Of a stretch of 64,000 bases of DNA, positions 50,131 through 59,892 are shown piece by piece (position 1 is the first letter of the stretch; every line of letters begins with the position of its first letter). Origin of the DNA: Nitrospirota bacterium (lineage in GTDB: Bacteria; Nitrospirota; UBA9217); contig CAVWHO010000003.1 of assembly GCA_963754875.1 (NCBI GenBank), positions 1 through 64,000 of the forward strand, read 5' to 3'. Both the position numbers and the translations under genes were made by a program. A model generated the notes under the pieces. That model did not search any database. It had not been told where the DNA came from and saw only the letters and a list, made by a program, of their open reading frames with translations.

Positions 50131-52125
50131 CTACAGCGCCACCTTCATCATCCTCAGCGCCCAATTCAACACCCCCCCAACGCCAAACGCAAAAGGGAAA
50201 ATGAAAGCTACCATATACAGCGCGGCCTTCATTCCCTGTTCCTTTACCATCATGAAAAAGTTCGCGATGCAGGGAACGAACAGGGTTATCACGACAAGGC
50301 TTACAACCGTCTGTATCGGGTCGAGCAGCCCCTGCTTCTGCATCACGAAGAGGCCCGCTGCGCCGTAATCCCTGCGCAAAAAACCGATCACAAATGCCTC
50401 GGCAGCCCTGCTGGGAAGACCGAGAAGACCCACAACCAGCGGATCGGTCAGCTTCTGAATATATTCGAGCGCGCCGACCTTATGACCGACAAAGAGGATG
50501 AACGTGCCCAGAATAAAAAGCGGCACAGCCTCCTTCAAATACCACTGGACCCGCGCAAGGGTCTTGACCAGAATATTCGTGAGCTGCGGCACCCGGATCG
50601 GCGGCAGTTCCAGTACAAAATCCGACGGTTCGCCGGGTATGGCCTTCGCGGCAAGATACCCCACGAGAAGCATCACCAGGACCACGGTCCCGATCCATAT
50701 GGCAGTGGCAAGCCCGGAGATGCCGGAAACCATGCCGAGTACGACGCCGAGCTGCGCGGAGCAGGGCACGCCGAGTGCCAGGAGCAACGTCACAAGGATG
50801 CGTTCTTTCTTTGTCTCGAGGATCCGGGTCGTGAGCGTCGCCATGGTATCGCAGCCGAGGCCCAGAACCATCGGGAGCACCGCTTTTCCGTTCAGGCCCA
50901 TGATCTTGAATATTTTATTTACCATGACCGCGAGCCTCGGCAGATAACCGGAGTCCTCTAAAATACCGAAGGCGATGAAGAAAAACCCCACGATCGGCAG
51001 CACGATCGCAACGGAATACGTGAGCGCCATGGTGATGAGACCGTAATCACCTACCAGCAATTCCTGCATAAACTTGAACGGAAATATGAAGTTGACGATC
51101 TTCGTAGCCCAGGGATTCAAATAAACGCCGAAAACGGTCTTTTCCAAAAAGTTTACAGCCATCCCTGCCCCGAGCACGCCCACGAACTGATACACCAGAT
51201 AAAGAACAACGAGAAGAACCGGCAGGCCATAGACGGGATGCATGGATAGCCTGCCGAGATGAAACGCGATCGTTGAACCTTTTCCCGCCTCATGGCGGGT
51301 AGTGACCTGTGCAAGGATTTCGTCGGCTTTCTTCATGCGGCGCTGGTTGATGAGATAGCCGAGGGAGTTGTTGAATCTCGACTGAATATTCTGCCGGATC
51401 TTTTCGATCTCAACGATCACATGGTCTTGAAGGTTCGCATGGAGCCAGGACTTGAGGCTCTCATCGCCGGCAAGGATCATGAGTGCAAGTGCGCGCCGGG
51501 AAATGTACGCTTCGGGAAGAAGCGCTGAAACGTCTCTGATACCGCCCTCTATAGTGTCTTCATGCCGGACAGAGATTGACGACGGTCTTGGATGCTGGAG
51601 GCCTTTTAAAAGCTTATCGATACCGCTTCGCCGAATGGCAACGGTTTTAACAACTTCTATGCCGAGAAGATTGGCGAGCTTCTCCTGGTCTATCATAATG
51701 CCCCGGCTTTTTGCTTCGTCATCCATATTAAGATCGAGTATGAACGGCACGCCCATTTCCGCAAGTTGAAGTGTGATCAGAAGGCCCCGCCTCAAGTTCT
51801 TGGTGTCCGCAACCTGCACCACGACGCCGGCGCGGTCCGTGAGCAGGATGTCCCTCGTTACCTTCTCGTCTTCGGACATGGGCACCAGGCTGTTGACGCC
51901 CGGTGTGTCGATAACGAGGCTGCGCGTCTTATTTAAAACAGCGTTGCCGTACGTCACCTCCACCGTTGTGCCCGGATAATTGGACACGGTAACATATTTT
52001 CCCGTCAGCAAACCGAACAGCGCGCTTTTCCCGACATTAGGGTTCCCGATCAATAAGACCTTATTCAGATTGGAGTCGCGGTAGCGTTCTCCGTCGTTTG
52101 GACCATGGTCGTGCATGATAAACAT
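50131..52125 (-). CDS. feoB: Ferrous iron transporter FeoB
   Basis: GNPNVGKS, NYPGTTV, DTPG, NMDDE, LEDSGYLPR, LGLGC, PCSAQL and FVLELP. Confidence 0.96.
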   Translation of the reverse strand: MFIMHDHGPNDGERYRDSNLNKVLLIGNPNVGKSALFGLLTGKYVTVSNYPGTTVEVTYGNAVLNKTRSLVIDTPGVNSLVPMSEDEKVTRDILLTDRAGVVVQVADTKNLRRGLLITLQLAEMGVPFILDLNMDDEAKSRGIMIDQEKLANLLGIEVVKTVAIRRSGIDKLLKGLQHPRPSSISVRHEDTIEGGIRDVSALLPEAYISRRALALMILAGDESLKSWLHANLQDHVIVEIEKIRQNIQSRFNNSLGYLINQRRMKKADEILAQVTTRHEAGKGSTIAFHLGRLSMHPVYGLPVLLVVLYLVYQFVGVLGAGMAVNFLEKTVFGVYLNPWATKIVNFIFPFKFMQELLVGDYGLITMALTYSVAIVLPIVGFFFIAFGILEDSGYLPRLAVMVNKIFKIMGLNGKAVLPMVLGLGCDTMATLTTRILETKKERILVTLLLALGVPCSAQLGVVLGMVSGISGLATAIWIGTVVLVMLLVGYLAAKAIPGEPSDFVLELPPIRVPQLTNILVKTLARVQWYLKEAVPLFILGTFILFVGHKVGALEYIQKLTDPLVVGLLGLPSRAAEAFVIGFLRRDYGAAGLFVMQKQGLLDPIQTVVSLVVITLFVPCIANFFMMVKEQGMKAALYMVAFIFPFAFGVGGVLNWALRMMKVAL

Positions 52126-52166
52126 ATCCTCACTATCGAAACCCCTCGGTGGATCCCGATTTTCGA

Positions 52167-52610
52167 TTATTTATCTTTTTTCTTTTGACACTCGGAACAA
52201 AGGCCGTATAATTCGAGTTTGTGATTTAAGACCTTAAAGTGGTTTTTTCTCGCCACATCCTGCTGGAGGGCCTCGATACGCTCGTTCTCAAATTCAAGAA
52301 TGGCCCCGCATTTTGTACAGATCAGGTGGTCGTGGTGCGCATCCGGGTTGGTATGCTCATAGCGGGTAAAACCATCATCAAACCGTCTTTCCTGAGCCAG
52401 ACCTGCGTCCGTCAGCAGCTTTAACGTTCGGTATACTGTCGCATAACCAATACCCGCATGGGTCTTTTTTACCCGTACGTAGAGTTCCTCAGCGCTCAGG
52501 TGTTCTCCCGCCCTTGTAAAAATGTCAAGGATCGTGTTCCGTTGGCTGGTGGCCTTAAGCCCCTGGCTTTGAAGATATTCGCTTAAATGTTCGGCAGGTC
52601 TTTTTTGCAT
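52167..52610 (-). CDS. fur: Ferric uptake regulator
   Basis: HLSAEEL, ATVYRTL, HHDHLICTKCG and LYGLCSEC. Confidence 0.95.
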   Translation of the reverse strand: MQKRPAEHLSEYLQSQGLKATSQRNTILDIFTRAGEHLSAEELYVRVKKTHAGIGYATVYRTLKLLTDAGLAQERRFDDGFTRYEHTNPDAHHDHLICTKCGAILEFENERIEALQQDVARKNHFKVLNHKLELYGLCSECQKKKDK

Positions 52611-52614
52611 AATT

Positions 52615-52673
52615 GATATTGATAACCATTTTCAACAACGAGTTGTTATACCATCTCCCGCTGCTGGTGTCAA
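52615..52673 (-). promoter_or_regulatory. sigma70 promoter and Fur box of the fur-feoB operon
   Basis: TTGACA-N17-TATAAC (52673-52645, minus); Fur box GATATTGATAACCATTTTC at 52615-52633 (16/19), 4 nt from the fur ATG. Confidence 0.85.
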
Positions 52674-52692
52674 GAGCTTTGTTCCTGGGAAC

Positions 52693-52722
52693 AAAAAAGC
52701 CGTCCGATAATTCCGGACGGCT
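52693..52722 (-). terminator. Rho-independent terminator ending the envelope-protein cluster
   Basis: AGCCGTCCG...CGGACGGCT followed by a T-tract on the minus strand. Confidence 0.8.
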
Positions 52723-52742
52723 GCAGAAACGCTGTTTACAGC

Positions 52743-53498
52743 TTAGAACTGGGTTTCCTTGTCCCGCTCCTGGTTCCACTTCACCCAGTCGTCGGAATCC
52801 GCCTTGGGGTCAAAATCTTCCGGTTTCGAGGGCACACCCTGGGGTGAAATGGTGATTTGTTGCATGGCCTTCACGATGGTGGTCCACTCCTCCATGGATA
52901 CTTCGTGATAGGGAGGCGAAACTGCGTGGGGGCCCGACACCTCGTGAGGTGATGTCACCTTGGCTGCCTGCGATGTGTCTCTCGGGGGATTTGCCACATA
53001 CACAGAGCCGTCGTATACTTTGACCACGGCGCTTTTGTCGTCTTCCACGTTTACGCGGTATACCGTTCCACGCACGCCGGCCACGGCGTTTGAGGTCCTC
53101 ACTTCAACCGAAGAATCTGGTGTGGTAAGTTTCTTTACTTTCGCCCAGAGCTTGCCGATAGAAAGGTCGACCTTGACGTTTTTGCCCTCAGTCTGTTTGT
53201 TGTACGACAACTGATTTAGCTTAAGATGAGACTTTTCGGCAAGACGCATGATGGTCCCATCGGGGAAACGGACCTCCATCCGGGACTTTTTGGCAACTTT
53301 CACTTCCTGGTCCTTTTTGAGCACGTCTCCCTGTTTAAGAAGGCGCCCTTTTGCAAAGCCTTTCGAGTAGACCCGGGCGGTCCCCTGTATCACCGTGACG
53401 ACGGCATCGTTCGCACCTGACTCTGCCGTCGCTGCCGCTGAGAAGGACACTGCAAGAACGAACAAAACGAGAGCAATGACTGCATATCGTTTTACCAT
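52743..53498 (-). CDS. Exported FecR-like domain protein
   Basis: Signal peptide; DGTIMRLAEKS and VRTSNAVAGVRGTVYRV, VYDGSV. Confidence 0.85.
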   Translation of the reverse strand: MVKRYAVIALVLFVLAVSFSAAATAESGANDAVVTVIQGTARVYSKGFAKGRLLKQGDVLKKDQEVKVAKKSRMEVRFPDGTIMRLAEKSHLKLNQLSYNKQTEGKNVKVDLSIGKLWAKVKKLTTPDSSVEVRTSNAVAGVRGTVYRVNVEDDKSAVVKVYDGSVYVANPPRDTSQAAKVTSPHEVSGPHAVSPPYHEVSMEEWTTIVKAMQQITISPQGVPSKPEDFDPKADSDDWVKWNQERDKETQF

Positions 53499-53529
53499 GG
53501 CCTCATCCTTTCGGACATGTCAGCACTAC

Positions 53530-54504
53530 TTATTTCCCGACGAACTTTACCACATCACCCTGTTTGAATCCTATGCCCGATGTGGTTACGGCTACGGACA
53601 TATCCGCCTTGTCACCAAGATCATTTCGCTGAACAATGGCCTGGCCTACCCTATCCTCTGTTGTTCCTAATTTCATATGCGTATCAGGGTCTATGATATC
53701 TTCGCCTACCCGATACACATCAAGCTTATCTCCTACTTTCAAGCCTGTTTTTTTGCCCGCATTGATGTAGAGTTTATTGCCGGCGACCTTGGCGATCTTG
53801 CCTTTCCATGGCTCATTCTCAAGTTGCTTCATCATGTTTACCATGGCTTTGGTAAGTGCGTCCCTGAGCGCGCCATCACGAAGATCGGTATCATAGCTCG
53901 CCTTGCCTCCGGCTCCGAGAACGGTCGTTACTTTTTTCTCGTAGATCCCTGCTCCGGAGTCAGCAAGGAGCTGCACTCCCGTCGTCGTGTCAACAACGCG
54001 GTAATCAACTGTTACCCGTGCTATCTGTTTTTTAGTCTTTCCGACGATAAAATCGCTCCCCTCTTCTGTTTCGGAGTAAGCTGTAATCGCGCCGGTCACG
54101 ATCGCATTGAGACCCAGGATTTGACCCATTTTAGCCGCAGTATCGGGATTGACCGCACCGGTTGCCCCAAACCTTTGCTGTCCCAAAATCGACTCTATGT
54201 CTTGCTGGGGGATCACGATGAACCTATCGGTCTTCTGCATGATGGTGCCCAGAATGTCCGCTGCTGCTTCACCGATACCGAGCACCCTTGATGGAGTTTT
54301 ATTTTGGAAGTTGACGACGCCGACCCTGAGTTTCGGCCCCTTGTATTCGGAAACATCACTGCTCGTCTTCAACTGCTTTGATGTATCGGTCAAAGTCGTA
54401 TCGTCCCTGACCGCACCGGACATTGTGGGTCCGCAGCTGCCCATAATGAGAGCAACCGATACGAATAACATGCCCGTAATTATCAACCGTGAACCTTTTT
54501 TCAT
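53530..54504 (-). CDS. CsgG/HfaB-like lipoprotein with FlgT-like C-terminal domain
   Basis: Lipobox MGSC; VGVVNF.N, TAAKMGQILG..AIVTGAIT and RVVDTTTG; C-terminal YINAG...GLKVGD....IIDPDT. Confidence 0.85.
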   Translation of the reverse strand: MKKGSRLIITGMLFVSVALIMGSCGPTMSGAVRDDTTLTDTSKQLKTSSDVSEYKGPKLRVGVVNFQNKTPSRVLGIGEAAADILGTIMQKTDRFIVIPQQDIESILGQQRFGATGAVNPDTAAKMGQILGLNAIVTGAITAYSETEEGSDFIVGKTKKQIARVTVDYRVVDTTTGVQLLADSGAGIYEKKVTTVLGAGGKASYDTDLRDGALRDALTKAMVNMMKQLENEPWKGKIAKVAGNKLYINAGKKTGLKVGDKLDVYRVGEDIIDPDTHMKLGTTEDRVGQAIVQRNDLGDKADMSVAVTTSGIGFKQGDVVKFVGK

Positions 54505-54539
54505 TTTGCTTCCTCCTTTACTTCAAATATGAGTTTTGA

Positions 54540-55916
54540 TCATTTAGTTTTCTGCTCCGGTGCCATGATATCCATAAAACTCCGGGCTTCAGTATATCCT
54601 GTCGGTATCTCGAACAGTGAGGCATGGGGGGTCTTCAAGACGATATTCTTGATTTCCGTCGTCACTTTATAGTCTTTGTTTTCCACTTCACTCTTGATCG
54701 TCATCCCGTCCAGTTCCCTGGCATTCCAGATAAATCCTTCTTCAACTTTGCCTTCTTTGTAAAGGATCCTTACCTTATACTTATCAGTATGATATTTGCC
54801 GATGACCTCGCTGCCGACTTTGATCTTTTCGACCTTTGGTTTTTCATCGACCGATTCCTTCTCAGTATGAACCATATACTTTAGCGTGTTGGGATAGAGT
54901 GTGTAGCCGATTTTTTTGTCGGCCCTTTCTATCACGGACATCTTACTGAAAGGAGACTGACTGTCTCCCTTCATCATTTTAGACATGTCCATGTCCATGC
55001 GCATTTTCTTCCCGGCGACGGCCATCGGGATTTCCATGTTGAAGGGTTGGTTCCTGTTCTTGTCGAAAGACGAGGAATAAATGACAGCTGAGAAGTCCCT
55101 TTTGCCTTCCCAATCCATGTATCCGAAGGAGGGCGGCTCGGGCATTTTCATCTCAGGCATGGTGAACTTGGGCGCGGGGGCAGTTGCAACCGTTGCTGTC
55201 GAGGTGCCCGGCCCCCAGGGAAGATCGTACGTGACCCTCCTCGCCAATTCCGAGGATTCATGGTCGAGGTGCACGCCGAACGCTTTACTCGCCAGCTTCG
55301 TCCCCAAACCGTAGACGAATGACTTCCCGAGATTATCGCTGCCTGTCGTCGTGCTCTCGATCGTCACCCAAGGCACTTCCTTGTCCCGTGAATCAGCGGC
55401 CCTGGCCGCGATAGTTGCTGCTGCTCCGCCTCGTCCCTCCATTCTCATCTCACTCCGGACGCCGAGACCACGCGACCACACGGTCTGGCCGGTCATGGCA
55501 TTGACCAGTTTAAACTTGCCGCGCACTTTCTTCACATCGATGGCGCCGGTCGTCAATTCGTCGAAATCCATGAGCGTTCCGTAGAGCACGCCTTCGACGT
55601 CGAGCTCCTGTCCGAGCTTCTGGGCTGTGGCCAAATCGATTTGCCCTCCCAACGTGATCCCCATCCTATCGCGAAGGATCTGGTCGGTTTCCTTCAAATC
55701 CTTTACTACATAGGAACGATTTTCCAATGCTTTGACCATCTTGTTCCGCATCACGTCAGGGCCCTCCACATCATTGGTGTCGTTTTTCATGGGAAGGACC
55801 GCTACATGTTTGAGCGGATTGTTAGAGTCATAAGGAAGCGGCGGATGCGGAATGGCACAACCGGCAAAGATGACCATTACACAGAGCACTGCCAGATTCT
55901 TTATCAGTTTCATCAT
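54540..55916 (-). CDS. DUF799/GNA1162-like lipoprotein fused to a DUF4412-like domain
   Basis: Lipobox FAGC; VAVLPM.N.T and LG..LDVEGVLYG; Pro-rich linker; C-terminal GSEVIG...DKYKV and SLFEIPTGY. Confidence 0.75.
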   Translation of the reverse strand: MMKLIKNLAVLCVMVIFAGCAIPHPPLPYDSNNPLKHVAVLPMKNDTNDVEGPDVMRNKMVKALENRSYVVKDLKETDQILRDRMGITLGGQIDLATAQKLGQELDVEGVLYGTLMDFDELTTGAIDVKKVRGKFKLVNAMTGQTVWSRGLGVRSEMRMEGRGGAAATIAARAADSRDKEVPWVTIESTTTGSDNLGKSFVYGLGTKLASKAFGVHLDHESSELARRVTYDLPWGPGTSTATVATAPAPKFTMPEMKMPEPPSFGYMDWEGKRDFSAVIYSSSFDKNRNQPFNMEIPMAVAGKKMRMDMDMSKMMKGDSQSPFSKMSVIERADKKIGYTLYPNTLKYMVHTEKESVDEKPKVEKIKVGSEVIGKYHTDKYKVRILYKEGKVEEGFIWNARELDGMTIKSEVENKDYKVTTEIKNIVLKTPHASLFEIPTGYTEARSFMDIMAPEQKTK

Positions 55917-56086
55917 TCTCAGACTCCTTTATGCTGCATCTTGATCATATTGGTAAAGGCATGATAGCGGATTAAAAACATAATCACGTCTCACAGCAAA
56001 GTACCCAAATGGACAGTATCTGTCAAGCTATAATGCGCAGGGCATTGAAAAGACAGTGATATTGTCGTAGAACTGCCAGGACATCC

Positions 56087-57111
56087 TTAATAGACGATTA
56101 TGACCCTGCAGTATTGAAGAAAATCGCCTTTCCTGCTCAGTTGTCGGAGAGTCTGTGCATCGGCCTGGCTCACCACAATATCGGTCCTGGCCGCACCGGA
56201 TGCGCGCATCCCCTTGATGACAGCAGGATTGTCCGTGACCCTGAAAGTTGTTTGCGGCAGCATTCACGTCCTTGGCATAACCTGCAACGCCCTGATCAAC
56301 GGCATTGGTTCTTGTGGCCACCTGTCCTACATATATTTCCTGTCCCTGGGGATCGATGACTTTGGGAAGGAGCGCAGGCCGCAATCCGAGTCCTCTGCCA
56401 TCGATGACCAGGCCGGTAGCGGTACCGCCTTTGAAAACCGTCGTCGATTCATCAGGAGGCGCGGGAGCGGGCCTTACCGGTTCAGGTTGCTTCGGAAGTT
56501 CCGGTTTCTTTTCCGGAATTGAAGGAACAGGCGCCGGCGGTACCGATTTTTTCGGTTCAGCAGGCTTTAGGGGAGAAGAAGGGGGAATCTCCGGTCTCGA
56601 CGGCTGCGGGGTAGAGGGCGCTGGTATCTGGGGCGGTTGCGAGATGAGTGGCCTCCCAAAATTTTCCGGTACTATAGCCTCCATGAGCGCACCTTTCATG
56701 GGCATGGATACGAGCACCTCCACGGACCCGTCCGACATATACTGCGTTTTGACGATGCGCGCCCCTCTCACGATGCCGTCTACCCGTGTCCTGATCACAT
56801 CGCTTTTTACCATGAAGTTCTCGACCACCGATCTAGGAATCGACGCGAACGCCTTTCACGATTTCAAGAAGATTCCTGATTGCAACGACGAATGCGGCTC
56901 GCTCTGTCATGGCGCGCGCCTGGGCGGCATTTACCGGATGTGAAGGAGGCGCACCGATTCCTGTTGCAAACACCTCGCCGCTGGTCCAGTTGATCTGACC
57001 CGAGCCGGTTGTTTCGATTGCGTCACCCGGATTTCCAGTCTGGGCAAAAACTACTTCAGCAGCAAAACAGCAGAAGAAAAGGATGAATATGAGCCCGCCT
57101 ATTTTTTTCAT
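56087..57111 (-). CDS. LPP20-like exported protein, paralogue B, with Pro-rich insert; frameshifts near 56833 and 56245
   Basis: Colinear with ORF 59893..60756 (INWTSG, GIGAPP, NAAQARAM, RNLLE.VKGVRVDS, VENFMV, YMSDGSVEV, TGLVIDGRGLG, RVTD.P, CRVII). Confidence 0.82.
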
Positions 57112-57207
57112 GACGTACCTCGACGCGCGGTCAAAAATGAGAATGACTCGAATGTGTCAGGCGCATGTTTGCGGAGTCACGCGCACTGTATCCGAATACT
57201 AAACAAA

Positions 57208-58588
57208 CTATTTTACCTCAAAATCCGTCACCGTTTCCTTGCCGGCCTCGACGGCCACCGTGCGAGAAATTTCTTTGTCGCTGACCACGGCCGAAACCTT
57301 ATATTGGCCCGGAGATAGCCCCTCTATCTTGTAGGTACCGTCCCGATCGATCGAAACGCCGTAGCTGGTGCTTCCGTCGCGATAAAATACATCGCCGTCC
57401 TGAACAGGCCTGCCGCTACCATCAATAACCTTGCCCTTGATCACGCCGCCGGGCTGGAGAGTAAAGTTGATCCGGTACACCTGCCCTTGATCGACACGAA
57501 GCTCCTGAGAGGACTTTGCAAATCCGGGTCCCTTGAGTTCCACCCGATACATGCCTGCCGCAGTCACTGCAGCAGCGAATCTGCCGTCGGAAAACGGCGT
57601 GGGTGTTCCCCTTCCGTCCTTCCAGAGCACCAGGGAACCTTTCGGCACTGCAATCCCCGCTTGGTCGGTCACGCGCCCGGTCACGAGCGCGGAATGCTGA
57701 CGGTCATCAAGTCTTCGTCCGAGTCGTTTTTCCTTCGGAAGCGGCAATTCGTCGACCATAACGGTCTTGTCTTCTTCTTTGAAAATCGTATAGAACGTTG
57801 CCTTGTCGACCTCGAGATATCCGCCGGCATAGGCGCCGGGCATTTCCATGCCGTCGAGACGGAGAATGATGTGAAAGGGATCGACAAAATTATGGGAATG
57901 TTCGGCATCGGAGAATGCCCAGCCCGTGTCCGGATAGTAGATCTCGAGATAGGCATGGAAGCCGCCGTCATTTACTTTTACGCCCCAGTAATCCTTCGAA
58001 AAACCCCACTCATATCCCGGGGGTAAATAGCCGTGCGCTACACGTGCCGGTATGCCGGCAGCCCGCAGCAAGGCCACTGCCAGGTTGGAGTAACCGACGC
58101 AGTAAGCCTTTTTGTAGTTGAGTGCAGAGATCGCGTCCGTCGGGACGGTAATGCTCGTGTCAAATGTAAGGTTGTCCGCTATCCAGGACAGGATGGCGTT
58201 TGCTGCTTCATGTGCGTACCTGCTTCCCCTGGTAATTTGCCTGGCAAGTTGCACAATCCGCGGGTCCTGTGACTGTCGGTCCCGTTCAGGCATGAGATAT
58301 TGAGAGACCGAGGCGGGAAGCACTCCGGGCGCGATGGGGAAAGGAACCCGCGTTTTTAACGGACCCATTCTTCGAGGTAACTTGAACGCGCTTGCTGAAC
58401 TCGTCCAGATTCGTTACTTTCTGTTCAAAAGACTCGTTTTTATAGTCCGGTATAAATGCAACGCCCCGGGGATTCACGATATCGTAGACGACGGTATGTT
58501 CTCCCTCAAGCACTTTGAGGCCGGCAATAGAGCCGGAGGGATGGGAGAGAAACAGAACAAATATGATGGTTGCTAATAATTTGTTCAT
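57208..58588 (-). CDS. Exported transglutaminase-like protein with two carboxypeptidase-regulatory-like domains; frameshift near 58370
   Basis: Signal peptide; catalytic triad YCVGYSNL / FHAYLEIY / WAFSD; LRAAGIPAR; C-terminal GRVTD and GKVID beta-sandwich repeats. Confidence 0.88.
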
Positions 58589-58598
58589 AATAGACGTC

Positions 58599-58629
58599 AA
58601 AAAAACCCGCTCCGTTTGTGCGGAGCGGG
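58599..58629 (-). terminator. Intrinsic terminator between the TPR-SLH gene and the transglutaminase gene
   Basis: CCCGCTCCG...CGGAGCGGG followed by TTTTTTT on the minus strand. Confidence 0.8.
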
Positions 58630-58643
58630 CACTCTGTCATCAG

Positions 58644-59823
58644 TTAAAATTTAAGCTGGTTTTTGAACTCACGAATTGCCAGGAGTGCATCAGCGCCCGA
58701 AACGGTATCCCCGGCTTTGAATTCTCCAGTCGCTTTGTCGGCTTCCAGGAATCCTCGTGTCGTTACGGTCATGATCGCATTGAACGCATAGAGATCGTTC
58801 CGGACATCGGGAAACGGTGATGTCGCACCAAGGAACTTGGTCGCCAAGTTTTTCGTCACCGGTCACCTTGATCAGGATATCCTCGAGCATGAGGGCAAAT
58901 TCTCCCTTGGTGATGAGCTTGTCGGGTTCGAATTTATGATTCGGCCCGGCTTCGAGTCCGCGAACCTGAAGTTTGAGTATTGTCTCGATGCTCGGTTTGA
59001 GCCAGTTGTCGGCTATGTCCGTAGCAGGCTCCATCTTTACCGCCGTCTCCGGAGAAAACCTGGTGGATGACTCCGTTGGTGACTTAAAAGTCGTGTCGTA
59101 GGTCTTCGTTCCGCGCTTGGTGAAGAGCTTCTCAAGATTCATCTCCTGGTCGAAGAGCGCCGCGATATCGGCACGATCGATTTTGTCGATCAGAGCGATC
59201 TTCTTGCCGATTTCGCTCCCCGGTGCAGCACGCTGGATCTTTTGGATCACCGCCCACTCCGCGTTGGCTTCTCCGACAAAGTCGCGGTTCATGTCAAGAA
59301 CGGCACGGAACATGTTCGCTGCCTTGTCGAAATCGAGCGCCGTCTTGTAGCACATCCCCATATAGTAATGCAGCCTGGGGTTATTCGGCTCCTTCTTGTC
59401 GGCCGACTTAAATTCCTTCTCGGCTGATTTGACCAACTCATTTACCCGTTTTTGCTCCTTGGCCATCTGCAATCCGTAGAGCCTGATCATGCCGACGCGT
59501 GCTTCTATACCGCTGGTCTCATAGCCCTTTGCTTTTTCCATGTTCTCGAAGGCAGGTTTGAAATCACCCTTCTTGCCCTGGACCAGGCCTTTTCCGATGT
59601 AGCCGAGCGACGATTTCGGATCGAGCGAAATAGCCCGATCGAATTCGCGCATCGCATCATCCAGCCTGTCCGCCTCCATCAACTTCAGCCCCTGATTGTA
59701 ATGGTATTCAGGTGTATCCATGATCGACGTGGACGGCACTGCTTTCGGTCCGCAACCGCTGACCGCTGCTGCCATGAACAGCACTGCCAGAACTACCATG
59801 AGGCGTTTGATCTGCGTAATCAT
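58644..59823 (-). CDS. TPR lipoprotein with C-terminal SLH-like domains; frameshift near 58848
   Basis: Lipobox VSGC; TPRs (YHYNQG, AISLDP, HYYMG); TDI..NW, FEPDKLITKGEFA; shifted frame SPFPDV...GEFK....VSGADA. Confidence 0.82.
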
Positions 59824-59892
59824 TCACTACCTCCAATCGATATTCTCAGAATCGGCTGCCGGGAAGCATACTATTTCCCGATGCGCCTTAGA

